From contig OZ255842.1 in assembly GCA_965277805.1 (NCBI GenBank), positions 4,320,001-4,384,000 of the forward strand: a DNA stretch of 64,000 nucleotides, in the 5' to 3' direction. The notes below the pieces were generated by a model. That model was not told the origin of the DNA. It ran no database searches and was given only the letters and a program-made list of their open reading frames with translations. Made by a program: the position numbers and the translations under genes. Origin of the DNA: Candidatus Lustribacter sp. GTDB taxonomy: Bacteria; Vulcanimicrobiota; Vulcanimicrobiia; Vulcanimicrobiales; Vulcanimicrobiaceae. Below, in pieces: positions 18,560-28,306 of this stretch (the stretch's first letter is position 1; each line of letters begins with the position of its first letter).

Positions 18560-21500
18560 TTGTCGACCGACCTTCTCATTTCGAGCGATCCGTGGGAGAA
18601 CCGCGTCGCCATCCTCGAGGATGGGAAACTCTCAGAGTACTACATCGAGCGCGACGAACGCGTCATCGGCTCGATCTATAAGGGCAAAGTTCAAAACGTC
18701 TTGCCCGGCATGGGCGCGAGCTTCGTCGATATCGGGCTGGGGCGCAACGCGTTCCTCTACGTCGACGACATCAACAAAACGCCGCTGAACATCGGCGACG
18801 TCGAGATCACCGGCGGCCGCAGCGGCTGGACGATCAACGAGAAGGTCAGCAAGGGCGACGACGTCCTGGTGCAGATCGTCAAGGAACCGCGCGGTCTCAA
18901 GGGCGCGCGGGTCTCGACCAACATCTCATTACCCGGACGATACTTAATCCTGATGCCGACCGGTAAGTACTCCGGCGTGTCGCGAAAGATCGAATCGGCC
19001 GAAGAACGCAATCGCCTCAAGGGCGTGATGAAAGCGATTCGGCCCGAAGGCATGGCGACGGTCGTGCGCACGGCTGCCGGCGGCGTCTCCAACGCCGAAC
19101 TGATCGCCGATCTCGGCGTGCTCATTCGTATGTGGCACGGCATTCTCGAGAACTACAAGTCGGCACCGACGCCGTCGCTGCTACACAAAGACATGAACCT
19201 CGTCTATAAAGCGGCGCGCGATTTCATCACGCCCGAAGTAGCGAACGTCTGGATCGACGATCCCGAAGAAGCCGAACGCGTGCGCGATTTCATGCGTTTG
19301 CTCGGACCGCAGTACGTCGAGCGCATCAAGCCCTATCCGAAGGGCGCGCAGCTCTTCGCCGATTTCAAGATCGACGAAGAAGTGGCGAAGCTGATGAAGC
19401 CGACCGCGAAGTTGCCCTCGGGCGGTTCGATCGTCATCGAGACGACCGAAGCGCTGACGGTCATCGACGTGAACTCCGGCAAATTCACCGGCGGCAAGAA
19501 CCTCGACGATACGATCGTCAAAACGAACATCGAAGCGGCGGCCGAGATCGCGCGCCAAGTGCGCCTACGCGACATCGGCGGCATCATCGTCTGCGATTTC
19601 ATCGACATGTCGTCGGAGAGCGATCGCAACAAAGTCATCAAGAGCCTCGAAGACGGTTTGAAGAAAGACCGTACGCGCTCGACGATTCAGTCGTTCTCGC
19701 CGCTGGGCTTACTCGAATTCACGCGCAAGCGCGTCGGTAAGGATCTCGCCGGACAACTGCGTTCGACGTGCCCGATGTGCTCCGGCCTCGGCAGCGTGAT
19801 GTCGCCGGAATCGGTGACGATCTCGACCTTCCGCCAAATCGCGCACCATCAGAACGGCCACGCCGACCACGTGCACGTCGCCGCGTCGCCGCACGTCGCC
19901 GCGCAGATCGAGTTCTGGTACGAAGAAGAGCTGCGCGTGCTCGGCGAACGCGTCAAGACGCCGATCGACGTGCGCGTCGATCCCGCCGTGCATCCCGAAA
20001 CGCCGCTCGTCGTGTGGGGCGGCGGCTTACCCGAACTTCCGCCGGTACGCGTCGGCGATGAATTCGAAGTCGAACTGCTCGCTACGCGCCTGCCCACGGC
20101 AACGTCGGCTGCAGCGGTCGTCAACGGCCGTCTGATCGAAGTCGAGAACGCGGCCAACGCCGCCGGCAACGCCATCAAGATTCGCATCATCGACGTCGAC
20201 GGCGCCGACATTCTCGCCGAGCCGCGCTTCCCGATCGGCTCCGTTCAGTCGTCCGGCGCTGCTGCCGGCGACGGCAAGAAACGCCGCCGTCGCGGCGGCC
20301 GCGGACGCAAACCGCTCACGGCAGCCGAGCAGCAAGAAGAACTGCGCGAACTGGCCGAGGAAGCCGCGAAGGGCCTCGGCTCGCGCCCGGCCCCGGTGAT
20401 CGGCATCTCGACGACCGAAGAGGCCGTCGCCGAAGAACACGTCGCGCGCAATGAAGGCGTGCCGAAGAACGTCACGCCGGCCGTGTCGTCCGACGTCGAA
20501 GATCTGCTCGCCGATGCCCTCGATGCGCCGAGCGCGCATCCGCCGCGCGGCCGCGGCGATCGTGGCGGCCGCGGTGGCCGCGGCAACGGTCCGGCGCCCA
20601 CGGGTCCGCCCGCGGCACGCCAGCCGGCGCCGCCCGCATTCCGTCCGGCTGCTCCGGCGGCCGGCGGCCTCGCGCCGCTGCCCGGCGAGTCGCTCTCGGG
20701 CGCGCTGGTGGGCAAACTGCCGGGCGAGACGCTCTCGGGCGATCGCGTCAACGAACTCCTCACCCCGCCGCCGGCGGCCCCGCGCGAGCGCTATTCCGCG
20801 CCGGCCCAGCCGGCCGCAGCCGTGACCCCGCAGTACGAAGCGCCCGACGCCGAAACCGGTGAGCCGGGTGAAGCGGGCGATCAGCCCGGGCGCAAACGCC
20901 GCCGTCGCCGCCGTCGCGGCCGTGGCGGCAACGGTGCCGTTGCCGGCGTGGCCGGCGCAGCTCCGGCAACGTCGGGCGACTACCTCGCGCCGGACGACGA
21001 AGACGAATCCGACGAGCCGATCGCAGCCGCGGCCGCGCCGTCTTCGGGCATTCCCGAAACGGTCGTCGAGCACGACGGGCGCAAGCGCCGTCGCCGTCGC
21101 CGCCGCCGTCGCGGCGGTAACGGAGTCGCAGCCGCCGGCGCCAACGGCGTGCTCGGTCAGCCCGGGACGCTCCCCGACCGCCACATCATCCGCGTGGATG
21201 GTGACGGCGGCGCGCAGCCGACCGGTGAAAACTCTCCGCCGCCGCCCAATCGTGCCCTCGCGCCGTGGAATCGTCCGAAAAAGGGCGAGATCGCGGTCGA
21301 TGCGCCGCCGCCGAGCCTCAAGGCTCCGCGCGAACCGCTCGAAGACGTCCGCGCTACCGCTCCGTCACGCCGCCGCGCTCCCGCGCGACCGGCCGCCGCG
21401 GGGCGCGTCGAGCCGATCGAATCAGTGGAACTGAAAGCGCTGCCGGCACCGGCCCGCAAGAAGGCCTCCGCGACCGCGGGCGCTGCGAAGAAAACCAGCA

Positions 21501-21679
21501 CGCGCACCACGGCCGCCAAGAAGACCACCGCGAAAGCGACGGCTCCCAAAGCCGCTGCCGAAAAAGCGACGGCTAAGAAGAGCGTTGCGAAGAAAAGCAC
21601 CGCTGTGAAGAGCACGGCTGCGAAAAAGACGCCCGCAAAGGCCGCGAGCGCGAAGAAGACGGTCCGCAAAAAGACCTGA
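18560..21679 (+). CDS. rne: Ribonuclease E/G family protein with long disordered C-terminal region
   Basis: S1 domain GSIYKGKVQNVLPGM, VIDVNSGKF, RLRDIGGIIVCDFIDM, Zn-link CPMCSG; more than 450 aa of low-complexity tail. Confidence 0.93.
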   Translation: MSTDLLISSDPWENRVAILEDGKLSEYYIERDERVIGSIYKGKVQNVLPGMGASFVDIGLGRNAFLYVDDINKTPLNIGDVEITGGRSGWTINEKVSKGDDVLVQIVKEPRGLKGARVSTNISLPGRYLILMPTGKYSGVSRKIESAEERNRLKGVMKAIRPEGMATVVRTAAGGVSNAELIADLGVLIRMWHGILENYKSAPTPSLLHKDMNLVYKAARDFITPEVANVWIDDPEEAERVRDFMRLLGPQYVERIKPYPKGAQLFADFKIDEEVAKLMKPTAKLPSGGSIVIETTEALTVIDVNSGKFTGGKNLDDTIVKTNIEAAAEIARQVRLRDIGGIIVCDFIDMSSESDRNKVIKSLEDGLKKDRTRSTIQSFSPLGLLEFTRKRVGKDLAGQLRSTCPMCSGLGSVMSPESVTISTFRQIAHHQNGHADHVHVAASPHVAAQIEFWYEEELRVLGERVKTPIDVRVDPAVHPETPLVVWGGGLPELPPVRVGDEFEVELLATRLPTATSAAAVVNGRLIEVENAANAAGNAIKIRIIDVDGADILAEPRFPIGSVQSSGAAAGDGKKRRRRGGRGRKPLTAAEQQEELRELAEEAAKGLGSRPAPVIGISTTEEAVAEEHVARNEGVPKNVTPAVSSDVEDLLADALDAPSAHPPRGRGDRGGRGGRGNGPAPTGPPAARQPAPPAFRPAAPAAGGLAPLPGESLSGALVGKLPGETLSGDRVNELLTPPPAAPRERYSAPAQPAAAVTPQYEAPDAETGEPGEAGDQPGRKRRRRRRRGRGGNGAVAGVAGAAPATSGDYLAPDDEDESDEPIAAAAAPSSGIPETVVEHDGRKRRRRRRRRRGGNGVAAAGANGVLGQPGTLPDRHIIRVDGDGGAQPTGENSPPPPNRALAPWNRPKKGEIAVDAPPPSLKAPREPLEDVRATAPSRRRAPARPAAAGRVEPIESVELKALPAPARKKASATAGAAKKTSTRTTAAKKTTAKATAPKAAAEKATAKKSVAKKSTAVKSTAAKKTPAKAASAKKTVRKKT

Positions 21680-21684
21680 TCTTC

Positions 21685-22311
21685 GTGCTCGAAGTGTTCG
21701 TCGATTTCGACGGCACGATCACCGATGTCGATACGTTCGACGCGCTGGTCCGTGCCGTCGCCGGCGACGCGGCGTGGAACGCGATCGACGAGCCGCTGAT
21801 CGCCGGGCAGATCACGTTACGCGAAGCGCTCACGCGCCAAGCCGCAACCCTCCGCCTCTCACGCGCCGACACGCTCGCGTTCATGATCGCGAACGCGCAC
21901 GTCGATCCCACGTTCGCGCCGTTCGTGGCCGCTGTGCGCGCGCACGGCGGTGAGATCCGCGTTGTCTCGAGCGGGATCGCGACCGTGATTCACGACGCGC
22001 TCGCGCGGGCGAACGTCGAGATCGAGGTCATCGCCAACGACGTCGACTTCGCGCCGGCCGGCTGGACGATGTCGTTCGTCGACCCCTCCGACAACGGGCA
22101 CGACAAGGCCGCGCACGTCCGCGCGGCCAAAGCGCGCGGCGACCGCACGGTCTACATCGGCGACGGCATCAGCGACTTCGCGGCTGCGCTCGAAGCGGAC
22201 GAGCGTTTTGCAAAAAAAGGCCGCGCGCTCGAAGCGTATTGTCGAGCGCGCGGCGTTGCATGCGAGTCGTTCGAGTCGTTCGATCAAATCGAACGGCGGC
22301 TCTTTCCCTAG
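21685..22311 (+). CDS. HAD-IB phosphatase, MtnX-like
   Basis: DFDGTIT motif I, VSSG motif II, K motif III, IGDGISD motif IV, FAK. Confidence 0.85.
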   Translation: MLEVFVDFDGTITDVDTFDALVRAVAGDAAWNAIDEPLIAGQITLREALTRQAATLRLSRADTLAFMIANAHVDPTFAPFVAAVRAHGGEIRVVSSGIATVIHDALARANVEIEVIANDVDFAPAGWTMSFVDPSDNGHDKAAHVRAAKARGDRTVYIGDGISDFAAALEADERFAKKGRALEAYCRARGVACESFESFDQIERRLFP

Positions 22312-23720
22312 TGAACTTGCGGCGTTACGCTGCTTGCGGCGGTGGTGCTTGAGCCGTTGAGGCTCGCGATCTTGTCCTGGAGGAACGAGATCGCTTTGGT
22401 GAGCTGCGGATCGTCATCGGGGTAACCCGGGCGGATCTTCGTGCCCTTCGGGATGTCGGCTTCGATCTGCGGCTGAATGCCGATCGTATTGATGTCGTGG
22501 CCGTTGGGCGTGTAGTAACGCGCGGTCGTGATCTTCACGGCCGAACCATCGCGCAGCGGGAAGATCGTCTGCACGACGCCCTTGCCGAAGGTCTTGGTGC
22601 CGATCAGCGTGCCGACGCCGCTGTCTTCGATCGCACCGGCCGTGATCTCGGAGGCTGAGGCCGTGTAGGCGTTGACGAGCACGGCGAGCGGACGGGGTGC
22701 GACCGCGATGTTCTCGGCATCGTACTCGGTGCTCTGGCCGGCGCGCGACTTCACGGTCACGATCGGACCGGTCGGGATGAACTTCGAACTGACGTCGATG
22801 GCCGAGTTGAGGTAGCCGCCGCCGTTGTAACGCAGGTCGAGGACGTAGGCTTTCGCGCCTTGCGCCTGCAGGCGGTTGAGCGCGGCGTTGAGTTCGCTGC
22901 CGGTATTCTGGCCGAACACCGAGAGCTGCGCGTATCCGATACCGCCGGGGAGAATCTTGGCGAACACGCTCGGCGGTTTGATCGTGTCGCGCGTAATCGT
23001 CACCGGATCGATCGGCGCATCGGAGCGGATGATCGCGAGCTTGACCTTCGTTCCCGGATCGCCGCGCAGCAACTTCTGAATGCGCGACTGCTGGACGTCG
23101 AGCGGCGCGCCGGCGATGATGTCTTTCACCGCTTTGTCGTTGATCGCGCTGATCTCGTCATCGGGACGCAGACCGCCTTTGTCGGACGGACCGTCGATGA
23201 TGACGTTCTCGACGCGGATGTTTTTCGTCGCGTCGTCGATCGAGTACGTCAGACCCACGCCGCCGAACGACGTGCCGTCGAGGCCTTCGTTCAATTCGGC
23301 GAACGACTTGGGATCGAGAAACACCGTGTAGCGATCTTTGACCGAACCGACGACGCCGGAGATCGCGGCGTAAGCGATCTTCGTAGTCGAAACTTTGCTG
23401 CCGTATTGCGTCACCGCTTCGCCGACTTCACGCTGCAATTCGCGCACGTTGTTGACGTCGTCCGCCGATGCGTGGGGCAGGCTGATCTTCGGATCCTTGA
23501 TGCCCTCGGTCTTCAACAGCGCGAGGATTCCCGTATGCGCGCCGTTGAGCACGTTTTGCGAATCGACTTTCTGGTAGAAGTCTTGCATCAGGTACATGTA
23601 GGACGCCGTCAACTCATCGGACTGCTGCTGCGAGATGGCGGCGGCCGCCGACGCCGACGGCACGTGCACGAGCATGGCGGCAAGCCCGAGGGCGAGAGCG
23701 GCGGCGAAGAAGCGCTTCAT
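22308..23720 (-). CDS. ctpA: S41 carboxy-terminal processing protease (downstream copy)
   Basis: Signal peptide, PDZ domain (FGGVGL), LDLRYNGGG, TASASEI catalytic Ser, TFGKG catalytic Lys. Confidence 0.93.
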   Translation of the reverse strand: MKRFFAAALALGLAAMLVHVPSASAAAAISQQQSDELTASYMYLMQDFYQKVDSQNVLNGAHTGILALLKTEGIKDPKISLPHASADDVNNVRELQREVGEAVTQYGSKVSTTKIAYAAISGVVGSVKDRYTVFLDPKSFAELNEGLDGTSFGGVGLTYSIDDATKNIRVENVIIDGPSDKGGLRPDDEISAINDKAVKDIIAGAPLDVQQSRIQKLLRGDPGTKVKLAIIRSDAPIDPVTITRDTIKPPSVFAKILPGGIGYAQLSVFGQNTGSELNAALNRLQAQGAKAYVLDLRYNGGGYLNSAIDVSSKFIPTGPIVTVKSRAGQSTEYDAENIAVAPRPLAVLVNAYTASASEITAGAIEDSGVGTLIGTKTFGKGVVQTIFPLRDGSAVKITTARYYTPNGHDINTIGIQPQIEADIPKGTKIRPGYPDDDPQLTKAISFLQDKIASLNGSSTTAASSVTPQVH

Positions 23721-25126
23721 TGCTGATCTTTCTGGCGAAGGATGGCTTTGGCTTGGGCGAGCTGTTTATCGGCCGGTGTATCGATTATCGGCAGATCCAC
23801 GCGCTGATCGAGAACGACATCTGGAACGATGCCCTTGTGCTGGATGTCACGTCCGGCCGGCGTGAGGTAGCGAGCGGTCGTAATCTTGAGTGCGCCGACC
23901 GGCAGCGTATAGAGACTTTGGACTACGCCCTTGCCGAACGTCTTGGTGCCGACGAGCGTGGCGAGGTGATCGTCTTGCAGCGCACCGGCAGTGATCTCGG
24001 ACGCGCTGGCGGTGTACTTGTTGACCAGCACGACGAGCGGCAACGGATCGATTGCGCGCCCGGTGGCGGAGCGGATCTCGCGATGTCCGGCGCGATCGAC
24101 CGTCGAGACGATCGTGCCCTGATGGATCACGAGGCTCGAGATGTCGACGGCTGCATCGAGCAAGCCGCCGCCGTTGTTGCGCAAGTCAAGGATGTAGCCT
24201 TTGACGCCGTGCTTCTTCGCGGCTTCGAACGCGTCGCGCACTTCGTCGGCTGAGGTCGTGCCGAAATCGCTGAGGCGCACGTAGCTGAAACCGTCCTCGA
24301 TTTTGGCGCGCACCGACGGAACGTGTACGACGTCGCGCGTGACGCGGATGGTCGCGACGGCGTTGTTGGAGTGGTGCTTCACGCGCAACGCTACGACGCT
24401 GCCGCGCGGGCCGCGGATCAGGCGCTCGACGTCGTCAAGCGGTAAGCCGGCCGTGGTTTGATTGTTGACCGCGACGATCGCATCGCCGGTGCGCACGCCC
24501 GCGCGAATGGCGGGATTGCCTTCGATCGGATCGACGAGAATGGCGCCGCTTTTCGGATCTTTGCCGATGTAGACGCCGATGCCGCCGAAGTTGCCGCCCT
24601 TGAGTTCTTCATCGAGCGCACGGATGGCGTCGGCATTCAGGTACGTCGTATACGGATCGCCGAGCCCGCCGAGAATGCCGCTCAGCGCAGCATCGGTCAC
24701 TTGTGATTTGCTGCCGGCGCTCGGATAGTGCGCGTTGACGGTGTCGACGGCGCTTTCCATCAACGCGAGATCGTGCACCGACGAACCGGTCGCGTGTCCG
24801 GGTGAGAGCGGACCCTTCGGGTCGGTCACGTGGCGCTTGACGCAAGCGGTGATCAGGCAGTTGAGAGCCTTCGTTTCGCCGTCGACCATCAGCTGCGGAT
24901 TGACCGGCTGGTAATAGCTGTGCTCGACCTGCTCGTACGCGGTTTCGATGACGTGCTTGTCGGGATCGCCCGAACCGATCAACCCGTTGAGGTCGAGATC
25001 GGCAACCGGGCGGTCGGTAACGACCGAGGTATCGGCGGCGGCACGGCCCGCATACGCAGCTCCACCGAGGGCGGAGAGCGCGACGATTGCCACAGCGAGT
25101 AAGAGGCGGATACGGGCTGGCATCAA
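23717..25126 (-). CDS. ctpA: S41 carboxy-terminal processing protease (upstream copy)
   Basis: Signal peptide, GDPYT, PDZ domain (FGGIGV), LDLRNNGGG, TASASEI, TFGKG. Confidence 0.93.
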   Translation of the reverse strand: MMPARIRLLLAVAIVALSALGGAAYAGRAAADTSVVTDRPVADLDLNGLIGSGDPDKHVIETAYEQVEHSYYQPVNPQLMVDGETKALNCLITACVKRHVTDPKGPLSPGHATGSSVHDLALMESAVDTVNAHYPSAGSKSQVTDAALSGILGGLGDPYTTYLNADAIRALDEELKGGNFGGIGVYIGKDPKSGAILVDPIEGNPAIRAGVRTGDAIVAVNNQTTAGLPLDDVERLIRGPRGSVVALRVKHHSNNAVATIRVTRDVVHVPSVRAKIEDGFSYVRLSDFGTTSADEVRDAFEAAKKHGVKGYILDLRNNGGGLLDAAVDISSLVIHQGTIVSTVDRAGHREIRSATGRAIDPLPLVVLVNKYTASASEITAGALQDDHLATLVGTKTFGKGVVQSLYTLPVGALKITTARYLTPAGRDIQHKGIVPDVVLDQRVDLPIIDTPADKQLAQAKAILRQKDQQ

Positions 25127-25272
25127 GTCCCTGTTTTTTAGAGTGGTCTACTCAGTAACCGGATTTCTACCCGAAGCGTTCCCGCCGGAAGCACCCGGGA
25201 GATAAGTTTACCGCGGAAAGCTTAAGCCGTCGTCAGACGGAGGGACGAAATAACGTAGACTTTATCTGCCGT

Positions 25273-26484
25273 TTACCGCAGGAACGACATCGGGTCGACC
25301 GGGTGGCCGTTCTCCATCACCTGGAAGTGGACGTGCGGGCCCGTTGCATCCCCGGTCATCCCAACCGCACCGATGGCCTGCCCGCGCTGCACGTCCTGGC
25401 CGACGCCCACGAAGATTTGGGACATATGGCAATAGATGGTCGAGAGGCCGCCATGGTGGTCGATCGCGACCATCTTGCCGCAGTCGCCCTGGGTTCCGGC
25501 CACGATCACGCGGCCGTCGGCGGCTGCGGCGATCGTGGTGCCGGTGTTGGCGGCAATGTCGATCCCGGCGTGAAGGATGGGCCGGCCGTACACCGGGTGC
25601 ATGCGCATGCCGAAGGGCGAGGTGATCGGGCCGGATACGGGCCACAGCAGCTGCCCGGGCGCGCCCGGTTCGGGCGGCAGCGAAACGCCGGCCAATTGCG
25701 CCGCCCGGCGTTCGGCGGCGCGGCGCGCGTCCTCTTCTTCCTGTTTCGCGCGCACGAGCGCTTCGAGATCCGCTTCGGCCTGCGCAGAGGTATCCTCGAG
25801 CTGGCCGACCTGCACCGCCACGTCTTGCTTTTCGCTTTGCGCGACGGCGAGCAGGTTCTGCCGTTGCTGCGCGAGCGCGGAGAGCGCGACTTGCTGCTGC
25901 GCGGCCGCAGCTTGCGCGTTGCGCAGGGTCGTCTCGTCCGACTGCAGCCCGGTTTCGATTGCTTGGACGCGTTGGGCGTCGGCGCGGCGCGCGCGGATCG
26001 TCACTTCGTTGGCCTTCACGACGAAGGCGACGTCGTTCCAGCGCTCGAGAAAGTCGCCGAACGATTTCGCTTCGAGCAGCACGGCGACGTAGCCGAGGTC
26101 GCCGTATTCGTAGGCTTGGATCAAGCGGCGTTTGAGCGCGTCGTTGTGGCGCGCAAGCGTCTTCTGCGCGGCGTCGAGCTGGAGCTGCGTGAACGCCAGT
26201 TTCGCTTGCGTCGTGTGCATCTTCGCGTTGAGGAACGCGATCTGTCCCTGCACCGATGAGATGTTGCGGTTGGCGATCGCGAGCTGTTCGGCGATCGTGC
26301 CGACCTTCGCCGCGGCCGCGTCGAGCAAGCCTTTCTTCTCGTTGAGCTTCAGGTGAACGTCGTGCAGCTTGGCCTGCTGGGCGTGAATTTTCGCATCCAG
26401 CGCGCTCGTTTTTGCGCCGGCGAGTCCCGGTGCGAGTGCGACGGCCGCGAGCGCGAAAAGGAATGCAACGCTGCGAAAATTCAC
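25273..26484 (-). CDS. EnvC/CwlO-like coiled-coil protein with M23 peptidase domain
   Basis: Signal peptide, long coiled coil, WPVSGPITSPFG, HAGIDI (HxxxD), TGPHVHF (HxH). Confidence 0.92.
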   Translation of the reverse strand: MNFRSVAFLFALAAVALAPGLAGAKTSALDAKIHAQQAKLHDVHLKLNEKKGLLDAAAAKVGTIAEQLAIANRNISSVQGQIAFLNAKMHTTQAKLAFTQLQLDAAQKTLARHNDALKRRLIQAYEYGDLGYVAVLLEAKSFGDFLERWNDVAFVVKANEVTIRARRADAQRVQAIETGLQSDETTLRNAQAAAAQQQVALSALAQQRQNLLAVAQSEKQDVAVQVGQLEDTSAQAEADLEALVRAKQEEEDARRAAERRAAQLAGVSLPPEPGAPGQLLWPVSGPITSPFGMRMHPVYGRPILHAGIDIAANTGTTIAAAADGRVIVAGTQGDCGKMVAIDHHGGLSTIYCHMSQIFVGVGQDVQRGQAIGAVGMTGDATGPHVHFQVMENGHPVDPMSFLR

Positions 26485-27437
26485 CGGTTGCGCTTGTCCA
26501 TCGCGACGAACGAACCGGTCTGCCGTTTCGCGAATGATTTCAGTTCGGCCGCAACTTCGCCGATGCTCTGGTAGCTCGTGATGCGCGGCGACTGCGTGAC
26601 GATCGCGAGCGAGAGCGACATCAGCGGAAAGCGCACGTTGTTGCCGCGGCGGTCCTTGGCCGCGATCCAGCCCTTGGCGCGATCGGCCGGGGTGTAGAGC
26701 GCCGGAACGTCGCGATCGAACGTTTCCGCGACCGTGCGGGCGAGGTTCTCGGCGCGCAGCGGGCTCGTGACGATGATGAAGTCGTCGCCGCCGATGTGCC
26801 CCAGAAAGTCGTCGTCTTGGCCGATGCGCTTGATCGTGTCGCTCATCGTGGTGGAAACGAGCCGGATCGCGTCGTCGCCGCGCACGAAGCCGTAGTGGTC
26901 GTTGAACGCCTTAAAGTTGTCGAGGTCGGCGTAGATCACGGCCCACGGTTCGCGCGCCTCGAAGCGCCGGCGCACTTCGTGTTCGATCGCAATGTTACCG
27001 GGCAGACGCGTCAGCGGCTGGAGCGATGAGTCGACGTTGGCGCGCCGGACTTTGGCGCGCACGCGGGCGAGCATCTCTTGCGGCGAAAACGGCTTCGCGA
27101 TGAAGTCGTCCGCGCCGGCTTCGAGGCTCTTTACCGGCTCCGTGGTATCGGTGCCGCCGCTGGTCAGCACGATCACCGGAATGTGCGAGGCCGTGGCGTG
27201 ACGGCGAATGCGGCCGAGCGTCGCGTATCCGTCCATCAACGGCATCACGACGTCGAGCACGACGACGTCGGGAATGCGGTCGTCGAGCAGCGCGAGCGCG
27301 GAGGGGCCGTCGGGCGCGCAGATCACGTCGAAGCCGCCGAGTTCGAGATTGGTGCCGATGATTTCACGGAGGACCTTGTCGTCGTCGACCACCAGCACGG
27401 TCGGGCGGTGGGCCTCAGCCGCGAGCGATTGGGTCAT
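26481..27437 (-). CDS. Response regulator-diguanylate cyclase (REC-GGDEF, GGDDF variant)
   Basis: VLVVDDD, LDVVMP, KPF; then PLTRLPGN, DLDNFKAFNDHYG..RGD, GHIGGDDF. Confidence 0.92.
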   Translation of the reverse strand: MTQSLAAEAHRPTVLVVDDDKVLREIIGTNLELGGFDVICAPDGPSALALLDDRIPDVVVLDVVMPLMDGYATLGRIRRHATASHIPVIVLTSGGTDTTEPVKSLEAGADDFIAKPFSPQEMLARVRAKVRRANVDSSLQPLTRLPGNIAIEHEVRRRFEAREPWAVIYADLDNFKAFNDHYGFVRGDDAIRLVSTTMSDTIKRIGQDDDFLGHIGGDDFIIVTSPLRAENLARTVAETFDRDVPALYTPADRAKGWIAAKDRRGNNVRFPLMSLSLAIVTQSPRITSYQSIGEVAAELKSFAKRQTGSFVAMDKRNR

Positions 27438-28306
27438 GCACGCAAGTATCGGCCGACCGAGAACCAGGACGAGATCAGTCCCACCACGGCGCCGACCAGC
27501 AGCAATTCACCGACGAGCCGGAGCTCGTCGACGTGGAACGGCACGAACTGCAGGGTGGTCGCGATCTTCGGAACGATCTGCATTTGGGCCAGTGCCAGTA
27601 ACGCGATCGCCAGCACGGCGCCGATGACGCCCGCAATGACGCCTTCGGCGATGAACGGCATGCGGATGTACATGTTGGTGGCGCCCACCAACTGCATGAT
27701 GGCGATCTCGCGCCGGCGCGCGAACACGGTGAGGCGAATCGTGTTCGCGATGATGATCGCGCAAGTGAGCACGAGCAGCGCGATCATCGCGAGGCCGATG
27801 CGGCCGATCACGTCGGCGGCCTTGAGGAGTTTCGTCACCGTGTCGGCAGCGTAGTCGACCTTGGCCACGTGCGGCAGCTTCGCGATCATCGCGGCCACCG
27901 CGGGCACGTCGTCGGCGTTGCGCACCGCCACGCGAAACGCGTTCGGCAGCGGGTTCGAGGTGAGGAGCGAGGTATCGAAATCGCGGCCCAGGCGTTCGCG
28001 CATTTCCTTGAGGCCTTGATCGCGCGGAACGTAACGCGCTGAGGAAATACGATCGTCGGCCGCCAGCCGGGTCGCCAGCGCCTTGGATTGCCCGTCGGTC
28101 GCGCTGTCGTCCAGATAGACGGCGATCTCGATTTGTTTGAGGATGCCCTGCCCGAACGTCGCGAGCGTGTCGCGAACGTAGAGGAAGCTGCCGAGCATCA
28201 CGATCGTGACGGCAACGGTGCCGATCGCCGTGAGCTGCATCGCCGCGTTACGGGTGAAGTTGGCGAAAACCTCACCCAGAAAGAACTGGACTCTGCCCCA
28301 ATCCAC
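27434..28306 (-). CDS. ftsX: Cell division permease FtsX
   Basis: NPLP loop, IANTIRLTVFARRREIAIMQLVGAT..YIRMPFIAEG; follows ftsE. Confidence 0.95.
   Translation of the reverse strand: MDWGRVQFFLGEVFANFTRNAAMQLTAIGTVAVTIVMLGSFLYVRDTLATFGQGILKQIEIAVYLDDSATDGQSKALATRLAADDRISSARYVPRDQGLKEMRERLGRDFDTSLLTSNPLPNAFRVAVRNADDVPAVAAMIAKLPHVAKVDYAADTVTKLLKAADVIGRIGLAMIALLVLTCAIIIANTIRLTVFARRREIAIMQLVGATNMYIRMPFIAEGVIAGVIGAVLAIALLALAQMQIVPKIATTLQFVPFHVDELRLVGELLLVGAVVGLISSWFSVGRYLRA

Noticed and set aside
21460-21679. Tandem-repeat or CRISPR-like array
   Set aside because: The repetition is codon-level AKK/TAAKK low complexity inside rne. No constant repeat with unique spacers was seen here or elsewhere in the window.
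22212-22219. AAAAAAAG slippery-looking run in the HAD phosphatase
   Set aside because: It encodes the conserved FAKK segment, and the frame continues to a normal-length end.
26481-27437. Hypr-type (3',3'-cGAMP-forming) GGDEF enzyme, suggested by the REC-GGDDF architecture
   Set aside because: The specificity position keeps Asp (YGFVRGD) rather than the Ser of GacA-type enzymes, so c-di-GMP is the expected product.
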